Shown here: piece by piece, positions 23,068-35,900 of the stretch | Layout: every line of letters begins with the position of its first letter | Position numbering within the stretch: the stretch's first letter is position 1 | Origin: Phoronis australis | Taxonomy: Eukaryota; Animalia; Phoronida | NCBI GenBank assembly: GCA_002633005.1 | Contig: NMRA01000883.1 | Span: forward strand, 7,929 to 71,928 | Direction of reading: 5' to 3' | DNA: 64,000 nucleotides | Position numbers and translations under genes: made by a program | The notes under the pieces: generated by a model | Seen by the model: only the letters and a program-made list of their open reading frames with translations | Told to the model about the DNA's origin: nothing | The model's database searches: none

Positions 23068-24229
23068 CACAGAATTCCAAGATTAGCCCGGTGTCTTGCC
23101 CTTGCCTTGAACGCAGTCGCTCAAGCGTGACACGGGTCCGGTGAACACGCATTTGTTAATTGTCTCGCCAAAATCCGTTGTGGCACAGTCTGTAGGTGCG
23201 GTGGTTTGGTACTCACTTTATGCCGCATCAAGTTTTCACATATGTGCAGAGGACATTCTTTTGAGGTTCCACACACTTCATCACACTCCATCATACTAGC
23301 AGTTAACACAGCAAGTCAGGATCAGCCATTTTGCCACCACTAAAGTGACACCTGTTGTTGGACACTGGGTTCACGAAAAACGCGGAATTTTAATTAAAAA
23401 GGAAAAATACCTTAAACAATTGCGCCTGACTTAATGACACTAAACTAAATATTAATAAATCAACTTTTGAATCAAAACTATGCACTTTACTGGTGTTGTA
23501 ATGTTCCAAACAGGTATCGGTATTGAAGGTAATTTATACTCAGGTGGTTGTCGCAATCTTGCAATTCCTATAAAAAATGCTCAGCGCCAGATTTTTTTTT
23601 TGTTTCAATCAACAGCAATAAGATAGAAACGTCTTGTGTAAAAGTCTGGTGTTGATCAGTGTTGTGCCAGCTGAGATATACGGGCTCAAGGTGTGGCGAA
23701 ATTGCAATGCCTTGTTAACCTCTGACCCCTCTATACTTTATGCCTGAAAATTTTAACAGAGTTAATGAGTATTGTGTAACATCTTTGTGAAGCCGAAGAC
23801 TTGCTTTATTTAAAAATTAAAAACAAATAATGATCTTGTGCGACGATAGTTTTTATTGTGCAGTGCAAATAAGGCATTTTCGGCGAGTTCATTGCATGGC
23901 ATACCCCGAAAATAAAGGCTCCCTGATTTCTCCCCTTTAAACAAGGTAAAATGAAATTGGACTTTACTGTTTTGTTTATCATCCCAAAGGTAACTAAACT
24001 GCATAGTATGGTTCAAATTGGTGACATTTGGTTTATCACCCCTCTGGGCATTTTTGCCTGCTGTGAGCCGTCTCTTACTGGTTCCTAGGCTCAATGCACC
24101 CAGACGTTTTGTTTAATGCAGCTGTCCCACGTCACTTTGACTATGGAGACACTATCTATCAAGCCATTGGCTCTTGTGTTCTACTCCAGTTAGACCGTTT
24201 GCTGTATCAAGCTGAACTTTCAATTACAA

Positions 24230-25110
24230 GATCATTTAAATTTTCAGAAAAATAGTTCTCAATAGCTTGAATTGGCTTACACTTTCCGAAAGAAGGAAAG
24301 TACATGTACTCATAACCGCGAACACATTTAATATTCTCAATAGCATAAATAATGCGTCTGATAAGCTTATATTTAACAAATATGAAAGTATGCCGAAGGC
24401 CTGGCCGGAAGAATTCCCTAATTTTCCCAATACCCCGTCGTACTGCATGGCAACTCGCATGTCAACGATTCCAGTGCTTATAGACAGTTGAAATACACTG
24501 CCTTCAAATTTAAGAGACAACTGTTCACCCTCAATGATCAAAACAAGCTTTAAAATCACTTTTGCCATGCAACTTTACCTTTCCCTCTTACCAAACTTAG
24601 GACTACTCTGTCCTAGCGGTCACAAGATATCCCTCAACCGATTGCGTTCTGGACATTTATTTTCTCGTAACTCTGACAGATTTTGACGCAATTTTCGCTG
24701 TGTAACTGGGGACAAGTTCAGACTAAAATTCACTTTTTGTTGTACTGTCTACTTAATTTTCGACAACGACAGAGATTCTTCCAGACCATCTAAATTAAAG
24801 TTGATGTGTTCTATATACTAAATGAATCCAGTAGTTTACGAGACAAAGCCAATATCATCACTAATGGTTCAAGTGCTGAAACTAATGTTGTTTATAAAAA
24901 TATGCTGTTGTTGTTGTATTTGTTGTAAGTCCGTGTCATCTTTCTCCTCTTCATTTGCGTAATGATAACAATTTAATATTCTCAATTATTGGTGTGCGTT
25001 AAATGTCTGAAGCCCAGATAAAATGCTCACTGCAGTCTCCGGACTGAATGTTATTGTATTATGTTTTTGTGTATGTCTTAATAATTGTGTAACTGTTATT
25101 ATTAACAAAT
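24230..25110 (+). mobile_element. LINE 3' end relic (CR1/L2-like)
   Basis: LNWLTLSERRKVH, ISLNRLRSGH and HFLLYC remnants typical of LINE ORF2 C-termini, followed by a T/G-rich UTR. Confidence 0.6.
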
Positions 25111-25182
25111 TTGATCACATTGTAAATCTTAACAACAGTCAAAACAGACAGCGTTCTTTTAAGGTTAAAACCTTTATATCTG

Positions 25183-25387
25183 CAGGGGCGGATCCAGGAT
25201 TTTGAGTTAGGGGTTGGGGCAGGGAACAAGAATAACCAATATTTCGGCAGATGCACGTGCCCAGCCTAAAATGCAGGGATGCAGGGGTCTCGAATTTTTG
25301 AATTTGCGGACCATTCGACAAAAAAAATGTAAACGGGTTTGTTCAGTTCCTATGGTTATTCACCCCCCGAGCCCNAATCTGCCACTA
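25183..25387. mobile_element. Small MITE related to 1935-2087
   Basis: CAGGGGCGGATCCAGG ... AATCTGCCACTA ends. Confidence 0.5.
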
Positions 25388-28300
25388 AATCTACTCTAAG
25401 TTTGACGTGCTGTATTTTTTAGCAGAACGTCAATTTTTGCATGCTGCCAGATAGAAACTTGAACGGCCTACGCGTATACCAAAAATAGCTTTATTGAGGG
25501 GATTGCTGTAAAATGGGACTTAGTATATTCTTTAAAGTAAACAGACGAAAGGCCCAGAAGTCACGTCCTGACCATACAATTAGTGGATTACTGAGTTTGG
25601 CATTTCAGGGTTGAACAACGAGAATGGAGCAAACGCGCTTTCAAAGCGGCCAAGTGTATATGACGTTTCGAAAGCCAAACGAGCCACACCTTTTCGAAGC
25701 TGATTGCATTGGGTACGAAGGGCCGTTACGTTTCTGTGCTCGTGATTCAGTTCAGATCGTGACTAAGACATGCTAAATAGGTTTCTTCAATAGAAAACCT
25801 ATCGCACGAAAATTATAGACCTTGAACTTAAAACACTAAGACGCTGTTGTTATTATTCACCTTCCCAGCGTACATTCATGTAATCAAAACGTCAGTTTGC
25901 TGGCAGTAAAATGTCACGCACTAACAAAGAAGCGAAACATAAGGAAAGCCAAAGCCGACAATATCCAGGACAACATTTTTTTATACAAGAATTAAATTCT
26001 CTGCTGGACCAAAAAGTAATATTCGCAAAACCAAAATTTAACGGGCCAGGACCTATATTTTACCACACCAGTACCAAAATTGAACCCCAAGCAGTGAAAA
26101 TTTATCACGCCAGAGGAGAAAATTTAGTACGTCAAGAAAATTCCACACGTCATGTAAACTTCACATCAGGAAAATATCATGCCAGGGGACAATATGACCA
26201 ACCACAAGCACGTGACCATCAAAAAGATGACGTAATAGGCACACAATATTTCTCCGGCGAAAGTCAATTTATCGGAGCAGTAAAGACACTTGGACACACT
26301 AAACGGCGAACGTTGACCCTGTTATTGTCAGGGACAGGAAATTCGCAGGAATCCAGTTCGATCACGTGCTTCGCTTTTAATACACCGGACAACTCGCGAA
26401 CTAATGCGTGTTCTTGCGTTTTTGCAAAATTCTCGCCTCCTCATCACGCACTTCTTGGGCAACCGTATCGTATAATATCTCAGATTGCACTTGATGCGTC
26501 ATTTTTATGGTAACTGTTTGTTGATAGACCATTTCCGTCAAAAAGAGGCTGAGGGTTCCCGCTTCTAATTGTAACGGAAAAACATGATCGCATGGTTCCA
26601 TGTCTTGGGTTCGCAAGAAATATACAACAAAAATACAAACTGTTGTGCAAAATAAACAAATCAAAGTAACTATAGAATTTCAATAAATAAGGAAATGAAA
26701 AGAGTATTAAAGCAATTCGGACTATATCAATACACCTTTGAACAGAAATCTTTTGAATTTATTGTGGTTTACTTTACACACATACACCTGCATTCAAAAG
26801 CAGCGTTTGGGTTGACGACAGTCGCAGTGTGATGTCAAATCAGTGGTTTACTAATCTTAAATTTTTAGGAGACTTCAAAGCCACCCACAACGGTCACCAG
26901 TAAACGATTGAATTTCTCTGATACGTTGCTTACATGATTTTGAATTAGTTACTTCAACAGATCTTAGATGCGAAAAATTATGACGAATAGGTTTCTAATC
27001 AAATTAGATAACCAAAACACACCAAATAGGAACACTCCGTCTGAGGTTCAAAATTACGTGTCAATAAAGTCTTGAAAACGGCGGCAAGTTGCTGAACATT
27101 AGAATTTTTATACTCGCTCCAAATCTAGTATCGTAATTTATTCTAAACATGGCTTTTACACCAACACTTATGAGAGGTATATCCTTGAATGCAAGAACCA
27201 GTTTCTGCAACTTAGAGATACACAAGATATAAAACGGGGAACTTGAACTGAAGTTATTGCTTTTTTCTAGTGGGAGTGTACCGGAGGTACCATTATTTCA
27301 ACTGGATTTATTCTAAGAGAAAATCAGGTCAATTTCGAACCGCCGTTGGTTGTGTAAATATATGAACAATGCTTAATTTTAAAGGCGATTGTACTCTTTC
27401 AATTCTCTTCACTTGTGTTAATAACAAATAAGAAAATAGTGAGGGCAATAGATCAAACACCTACTGTGTCCGCCGATTGACAACCAGGAACGAATATGAC
27501 GGAGTACATATATGTTTAGCGACAATGTTCAAGGATCTAACCAAACAATTTGTATTTCATCTCCAAGCTCAATAAAAATGGTCCCTGCATGCGTTGCTTG
27601 CCAGGGACGTCGAACGCAAAATAGCGAACTTGTTTAAACCATGTATTCACAACAAAAAATTGCGTCGACTATAACAAACCCCGTCTTATTACCAAACTCA
27701 AAATCTAACTCAAGTTTATTGTTAACATTTTCCACCCTACTTTCGTGCGAACTCAAAATACTTGTCTCTTATTCTGCGCTCAATGACATCACGACTTACA
27801 TGTAGATGAAAGTGCGGCCGTGTTTGACATGTCACTGTGAAATGACAAAAATGCGTAACACTATTAAAAATAACTCGTGACTCAGGAAATTTAACAAACT
27901 TAAAGAAACGGTATATGACAGATTCAAAAAGATACTTTTCTTATGAGGATAGATAATGAGCAAATGAACATTTATAACACATTCTCGCCAACAGATGTTT
28001 TAGACGCTTTAAACTTGACGTATTTTTATCGAAAAATGTTTTGGTTAAAAATATTCACCGTTATCAAATTGGATTTGCTCGGTTGCATAAAGAGTCTTAA
28101 ATACATGTAGGTACTCAACTAAATTCCATAAATGTAAGGCGTAATTGCGGGCATGTGAAACATTGATTGTCCTTTCTTATTGGTTTGGTTTTCATTACTA
28201 AGTCATTTTTTGGCTTTGATGCAAAAGGAGATTGAAGTCTACGTTAAGGTCAACTATTATTGAAAATACAATGTAAGTAGGGATATTTTCAAGAAGTTAA

Positions 28301-29811
28301 TGTAAGTCCTTGACTGCATTAAGGGTTCAGCTCTTAGTTATATCATTAGAAAACGTGATTAGCCAAAGAGGAATTCAAAATCAAGATAGAATGATAGAGA
28401 GCTATTACGTCTGTGAGTGGAGAACGAAAAAAAATATGTAAAATTTTCACTACGTGCTATTGAATTCGCGGAGCATGTTCTCTAGGAATACCAAAATGTC
28501 AGTTATTTGTAAGATCAAAAGTCACTTCTCATTAGAATAAAGAACAAGCTGAGACTGACTATATGGATGTCTAAATTCTTTTCCTTCGATGGAAGGACGG
28601 TTTACTGCAGTTAACTAGTTGAACTAAATTATTTCTGAGTAATTATCTTTCAACACATCTTGCACCTTGAGGAACTGTGATATGTAGATGTGCGTATTAC
28701 AGTAATAACCATTACGTCAACTAATCTGTATATGTGCGTATTACAGTAATAACCATTACGTCAACTAACAGCCCGCCTATACATGTAGATAAAAAACGCA
28801 TAGCCGATCATCCTAATCAAATGAAAATAATGTTGTGGTTTATCGAAAATATGAATCAAGCACCAACACGATGCGTAAACTTAGAGACCCCGAGAATAGA
28901 TAAAGTAGTTCCTGCTATTTCCGTGTTCTTTTGTAAATATATCCTTTAACTGTAATTGAATGTTATGAAAAACACCCAGGGTTTACATGTTATAAGTCGG
29001 CTGGCACAACAAAATACTACAGTTTCTTTGTTAAGGGAGCCAGCGAAAGAACAACATTTCCTTGTAGAGGTGTAATACCGGAGACTTGTACAAACTCAAG
29101 TAGAGGCGATTAGCTTTTCCGTGTCTCTGTATCGGTAACATGGGTAGTTTTGAGATCATTTTGATGATGTTAGTATTTCGAGCAGGTAGGTAGTGAACTA
29201 ACAAAAGTACACTTACTTTATATCCTTCAAGAGCGCGTCCAGGATATTTATGGAAGAGGTTGATCAATGTTTTTTTTTTAAAAGGAGGTCCATGTCAACA
29301 ATTTCAAAATTCTAGATTTGATATCACTTTAATCAAGGTAAAAGGGTGGGTTGACTAATTCATAGAATCTTCTGGTCGCTTTTTAGGTATCTTTCCCAAC
29401 GTTCTGTGTAAAAACTGCTAGGTGATAGAACGAATGATGGGCATACACGTGTGACCGAAAGGGGAAACATAACTTCCATCCGGCATGAATTACTTAGCAG
29501 ATGAAGTCCTATTATTATGTAATTACGGACCTCCACCCTCGGTCAGAGTTGATTTTCAGACCCTGCCTCAATCATTGGCATATTTTGGGTCTGAAAACCA
29601 ACATATTGACATCTGTGAAAGTCAATACATGTATGTTGAACTAGCATCCATAAATATGATAGTATGAGCTCGCAATATTGAGATTTGGCTAACTTCATAA
29701 TCCGTCCAAATCTAATACGTGCATCTGTTTATAATGACTACACACTTCACACTATACATTTTGATATGTTTTGGTTAAAAATTTGATTTCACGTATTTGT
29801 TATGTTGCTAG

Positions 29812-29972
29812 ATTTTTACAACGCAGACACATGGATATCAAGAAAAGGTGTACGGTATATGCTCTCTAACAGCAGCTTGGATTGGTATAACGCCTCCCTC
29901 TATTGCCAGCAAAGATTATTAAAACTGGTTGTGCCAGAGGACAAAGAGGAACACCTTTGGATCGGGGAACAG
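29812..29972 (+). CDS. Exon: C-type lectin domain, N-terminal part
   Basis: [39 protein letters not shown]; TAG acceptor; weak donor CAG|GTTGAC. Confidence 0.7.
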
Positions 29973-32900
29973 GTTGACTTTTATGTTAATCATGTGTACA
30001 ACATGCGTGTTTACTACTTGAGGGATGGAGCGAGAGGAGAACACAGTGGCGTAGCAAGGGGCGGGGAGTGACACGCAACATACAATCGCCACTCGTGGAA
30101 AAATGGGTTATGTCTGTTATAGGCTCCAGCCAGTGCTGCAAAGCCTTGACTTGTAATGAAATTATGGGACACTGCAGCCCTGCACATGGTCATACTATAC
30201 ATCCACACATCATAGGGAATCAAATATATGATAAACTACGTACAGTGTAAATAGTTTCTAGATAGGAACCAACGTCCTTATGAAATGAAAGTGTAGTGTT
30301 GTACAGGTACATGTGACAATAAAATGACGAGTGGTTTCACATGGAACGATGAAGACGATTAGAGTGACCAGACTAATTGGCCGTGATTAGCAGCCAGGGA
30401 CTGCTTCAAAGTTCATGGCCAATTTTTGTCATAAAGGTTACATTATTTACAATACTTCACATGTGTCTATCAAAATACCTTTACTTGATTCTCGGGGAAC
30501 ATCAAAAACAAAATATATACCGTGTAGCGAGAAAAAAGATTTGGTAGAACCACCTTGGAACAGCACAACCGCGTGGATATTTGTTTACAAATTATCCAAT
30601 GTCAAAGGCTACAGCGCTGTCACTTAAATCAACCTTTCTAGCGCAAAATCTGCAAGTTGTTCCGGACAAGTCTAGCAGGTTTCAATGGATCGATTTATCT
30701 TAGATATCCAAAAATTATTCAGATTGGTCCAAAATATTCTTTGTAGCATTCAAATTCTCAGATCGTCAAAAAATGGGCATATACAAATAAATTGATTTTC
30801 ATCCTCAATAAAAGTATGACCCAGGTGGTGTGTACATAAAAACAGATTCGGAGGTCTTTATCGATTTAAAAGTGTCGGCCTACTTCGACCATCAGTCTGT
30901 GGTTTGAATAAGGGAATCTTGCAAAGGAACTGACAAAGCAGTGAGGTCCGCATGGGTTTTGTATTGACGTAAACGAGATCCAGGTTCACAATATACACTG
31001 TACATGTATGTGCGTACATTAGTTAAGCCATTCCATAGATGCGACTGTACATCCTTTCATTTGACAGTTTCTTTAAAACTTTATCGTGTGTGCACACTCG
31101 TAAATACTTGTGCAAATGATTTCCCGCGGAAATTGCAGTGTTTAGACGACTCGCTCAAGTATTGTGACTTTGTGAACACCCACTGACTTCCAGGCAATGG
31201 TCTCTAAAGCATCATCTGTTCATTTGTTTTAAGGAACTCACGATTTCCTATGTATACTGTTAGCTCAAGATTCAATCTGAAAAACGACATCTCGACAAAC
31301 TAAGAACAATAATAATTGTTACTCTGGGAGCATGGTCTATTTAATATGGCAAAGATAAATGTAATACTGTTCATATCAACTATTTGCAATGGCTCCTGAA
31401 TTTGTCACTACGCGCAGTCAAATGTTCAAAGCGTACAGCCTCCCTAATAACTTAAACAATCAAGGCAAATTTACAGAATGTATCAGCCAATGATAAAAAT
31501 ACAGGCGTACCATAGAATCATGCACGAGAGCATTGCATCGTACGAACGAACCACCTACAAACGTATGAATCATGGAAACGCACACAAAAACCAAGCATAC
31601 GAACAAAATATAATGCGCACGAACAATACAAATCAAACATGCTGTATGAAAACAAATCATACGCACGAGCATCCGACTCAAACGCACGAACCACCAAACA
31701 ATAACGTGTTCGAGGGCGTGATTCGATGCGCTGTGAAACATACATGTAACATCTACAAGTTGTTCAGTCTTACGTCTTAAAATCCAGGTAAGAATGATAA
31801 AATTGAATAAAACCTGCGTTTCCTAGAAACATGTACGAATGATGACAGTTTTAGCTAATGAAAAGAAGCCAAGAAGTATTTGGTTCTTAAAAATAAATAT
31901 TCTGGCATTCGATAGTGTACATGTACCTTAAATTTGCATGGTTTTACAATGCACACCTTGATTTCGTTAGGACTTTGGCAATAAATCATTGCACAAGTTT
32001 TTCCTTTTACATGTAGTAATATACACGACGACATCAAACGGATACGGCCGACCGTTGTATCGAAGGAGAATGATTGTTGACATCAGAATAAGTTAGTTAG
32101 TTTCGCTTTCGGTACAGCCCAAGTTTGTTGAATAGGTGGTGCAAGCCTTAGGTTTTAGTCCAAGAATATGGCTGCATACTCTAAGTTGTTTTTGCAATAA
32201 GTTTAGACAGCTGGCTGTAATTATTGTCTTTAGTCACAGGTTACTTTCAAGAGCTTTACTTTCATTCACGTGTATAACTTCTTTTCACTCGCCAATGTTC
32301 CGATAGTTCTACATTATACCATATTATTAGCGTCAAATGGCAAATACAAAAGTGTAATAACCCACTAGTGAGATAACATTTTGGCGGGAAACCGAGGCCG
32401 GTTTCGAAGCCGGGCCTCAAGAGTTTGGAGTCGCCGACTTTAACAATACACCACTCAGCGGCTGATGTCATAGAAAATAGAATACTTAAATGAGCACGCG
32501 CAACAATTGCATGTTCAGCAAAGGGCATTGTGCCGACATTCATACGCTATAAAAAAATAAGACGCTTATTTTCCATAAAACCAATATTTTAATTCAGTGA
32601 AAATTTTCTCTCATGTTCTCTCACTTGTAAATCACCGATCTCCTACATGTATTTGAATGCGGGTATCGTGTCGTCGAGATCCTTTGACTTGAGCATTATA
32701 CTAAGTTATCGGTGGTATCCTACTTTAGCAGACGATATTTTCCCGGCCGAGCTTAGCGTGATAAAATGTGTAGTAAGCTATAATAGTTGCTAAACTTTAA
32801 TTTATTCACTTTATTTTCTATTTTGTTTAAATTTTGAATTGGTTTTGAGTAAAAGCATTATCTGACAAAAATAGCTCGGCTTTTGTTAAAAGATCACGAC

Positions 32901-35900
32901 CTCTGACCCCGGGCCTCTGACATAGAAAGTTGTTACAAAGCCGAGACAAGTCGAGAAAGGTAGATCGATTCATTGCAATGTTTCTCGTTCAGTATGTGGT
33001 ATCAAAAGATTATTACATGTTCTCAGTCGTGATCCCCCTTATCTAGAGCACTCGTGGATTTTGGAGAATTATCACCCTCGGGCAAAAATCTCTCTAAAAT
33101 CCACTTGTGCTCTAGATACCAGGGGATAACGACGTCTCCACTGTAATAATCTATATTGATACGAAGAGTTAAAGCCTAAATGACATGATACGTTCTGAAT
33201 AAACGCTGTCTTTGGATGTTTTAGGTTACTCAACTGAATGGGAGCTGGCAGAACGTAAGTTTATGGATTGGCGTCCAATACACCAATGGCAGTATCGTTG
33301 ACGTGGATGGAAAGGAAATTAGCGAAGGCAAGTTTTAAGTTTCGTATAGTACAAAGCAGAACCCATTGCTTAAAGTGGCCCGTCCTAAGCGTTATGGCGT
33401 CTGAGCGCGTTTGGAGCAAAATTGGGTGACACGCTTGCTGAGAAAGCACCACAGGATTGCCAAGTGATAAGGTGATATTTTAAATCTACTTGGCTCTACT
33501 AGGAGGCACGTTTTGGCAGTGAGACATGGAGTAATTTTGACTTCGTGTCAAAAAGACCCTTTGCAGTGTATGTGGCTGGACGTGATTCACTTTTATCAAA
33601 AAATAAATTTCCTCTTTGTCTATAAAAGTCACCTGGTATCCAGACTCATGTGATCAATCGTTATGTTGTTTTTGAAAATCTCTCATTTGGTCAGCAGTCG
33701 CCAAACTACTATATAGTGCAGAAGACGAACACGTTCATACCTGAACTACATCAGGCAGGCAAAACCGACAATTATTATAATGATTTAATATGACCATGCT
33801 TTTGAAAGGAACAAGCGACATCGCTTGGTGGTTTTGTAATAGTTTTATTTGCGCACGTCTCACAAACCGATAGCTTACTATATCTCGATTTAAAATCTGC
33901 GTCCACGCATGGGAAATCAAGAAACGAGATCTTTACTGATAAAAATTCACCTCCAAAATCTCAAGATGTTATCATGCACAATGATAATTGTTGACAAAAT
34001 AGTCCTCAAGCCTGTGATCGACACTTACATGTACAGTGTTATTTTAGCATGAGGCAAAGTCGCATTTGAGGTAGCCAAAACTAACCTAAAAACCGTTGAC
34101 TAAAATACATCGTCGACTAAAGAGTAAAAAGTCGTACCGTTCTCAGAAACGCAAACCTCTTCAATTTCTCCGAGTAAAATATATATCATTCTCTCTCTAG
34201 ATAGATCCCAACACAGAGAGATCGCAGGCGATCGCATACACTGGAGAAGTGTGATTCGCCGATGTTGCTATATTTTTGGAGAACATTTCTTACATCCGTC
34301 TGTTTTCTGTTGTAAGTGTGATGACAGTTATGGTGGCCAATGCACTGACTTCACTAAAGAAACAGAACAACTGTGAACTAAAGATGTTTGCAATTTACTG
34401 TTTGGAAGTCAATAAAACTCTCAATTTCGGGGAATTGTTGTCTGTTGTTGTTACTTTTAGTGGCGAGGTCGCTAATTCGAGCACTGTAGGGTTACGTTTT
34501 GGATAAAAATGGTCTATTTTGGAGGCCGTCAGAAGATGGAGAAGGTCTTATCATCACATCCGAAATCTCAAATCATGACGGATCATTTGCCGTTATTCAT
34601 GTGTTGAACAGACATATAGAACTAATAACAGTGATTTGCTAAACAGGCCCTGGAGGTCCTCCATCGTAAATGTTGAAATAACGGCGACTAACAAATAATT
34701 GCATTATTTTCTGAAATGTTGACTTGATGTAAAACACGACGCAAAGTGTCCATTTTATTGTTTCAATTGCACAAAAATGACGTGTGCATTTTGTTTAAAT
34801 GTACAAGCAGCATGTTCGGTATAAAATTAATGCAACTTAGCCTCTCGGTGCACAGTACATACATGTACGCGACATGTGTGTGTGTGTGTGTGTATGTGTG
34901 TGTGTGTGTGTGTGTGTCTGCAATTAGCTGTCATTTCAAAACGAGGTTTTGGTGTTCCTCGTGTTCTCCTAGGGTGGTGTTAACCTATTTCATGTGGCAA
35001 CAACTGACGACATCAATATTGCCCATTGAATGTCTCTAAATAGAAATATGGCGTACACGTAGCATACCGCACGGAGAAGAGATGGTGCCAATGATGGTTC
35101 CTGGAGCACGTGTCGTTAGTGGACTAGATTCGAATTGGAGATTCCAGGTAAGCACTGGATTGTAGGTACATGTAGGTAGGATTGTGTCATACGACTTTGC
35201 TGAATGTGATGTAAAGTATCAACAGAGAGACAGAAGCCATAATTATATTGCATCATTGTCTCAATACCTTTAACATCCTGTATTCTGAAAAATATCCTTG
35301 GCACTCATGTAATAATTCTTCAGTCAACCAAAGCAAGTCCGACTAGGCTTACCCTGAAGTTCATCTGATATTTCTTTAAATGTTACACTAAATTTTCTGG
35401 CTCCACTTGCTCACGTGTATACCATTAACTATCACTTTGATAATTGTGAACCTAGTCAATCCATATTTGCACGCGTAGCTGCAAGTAAACATGCTGATGA
35501 CAAACTATGAAAAAAGAAGTAAACACGTCCAACTTTATGCATCAACTACTTTCACAGTTTTAACCATAGTAACCCGCTGGACATTTTTGGAAGCAGGTCC
35601 TAATTTTCCCCATGCATTGTCTCCACGCATTTGACGGTAATGGCATGTGCGTGTACTTGTCCGAGAAAACACGTAGAAATTGCATCAGCCTTCTGTGGTC
35701 TTCCATCTAATATCAAAACAATTTACTATAAAATTTATTTATGACGTAATTTAGCGACCAGACATCCTTTTAAGGACATAGTGAAATCGTTTGGTCGATT
35801 AGTTTTCTATGAGATAACACATAGCTGCAGACGAACGAGAACCTATCATAGAAAGGAGGAATTATCAGTTGGACTGGTTTTGAACTGATGTTAATTATTA

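Noticed and set aside
25911-26513. 200-aa plus-strand ORF
   Set aside because: No recognisable domain or splice context; contains short degenerate DNA repeats; probably a chance or TE-derived ORF
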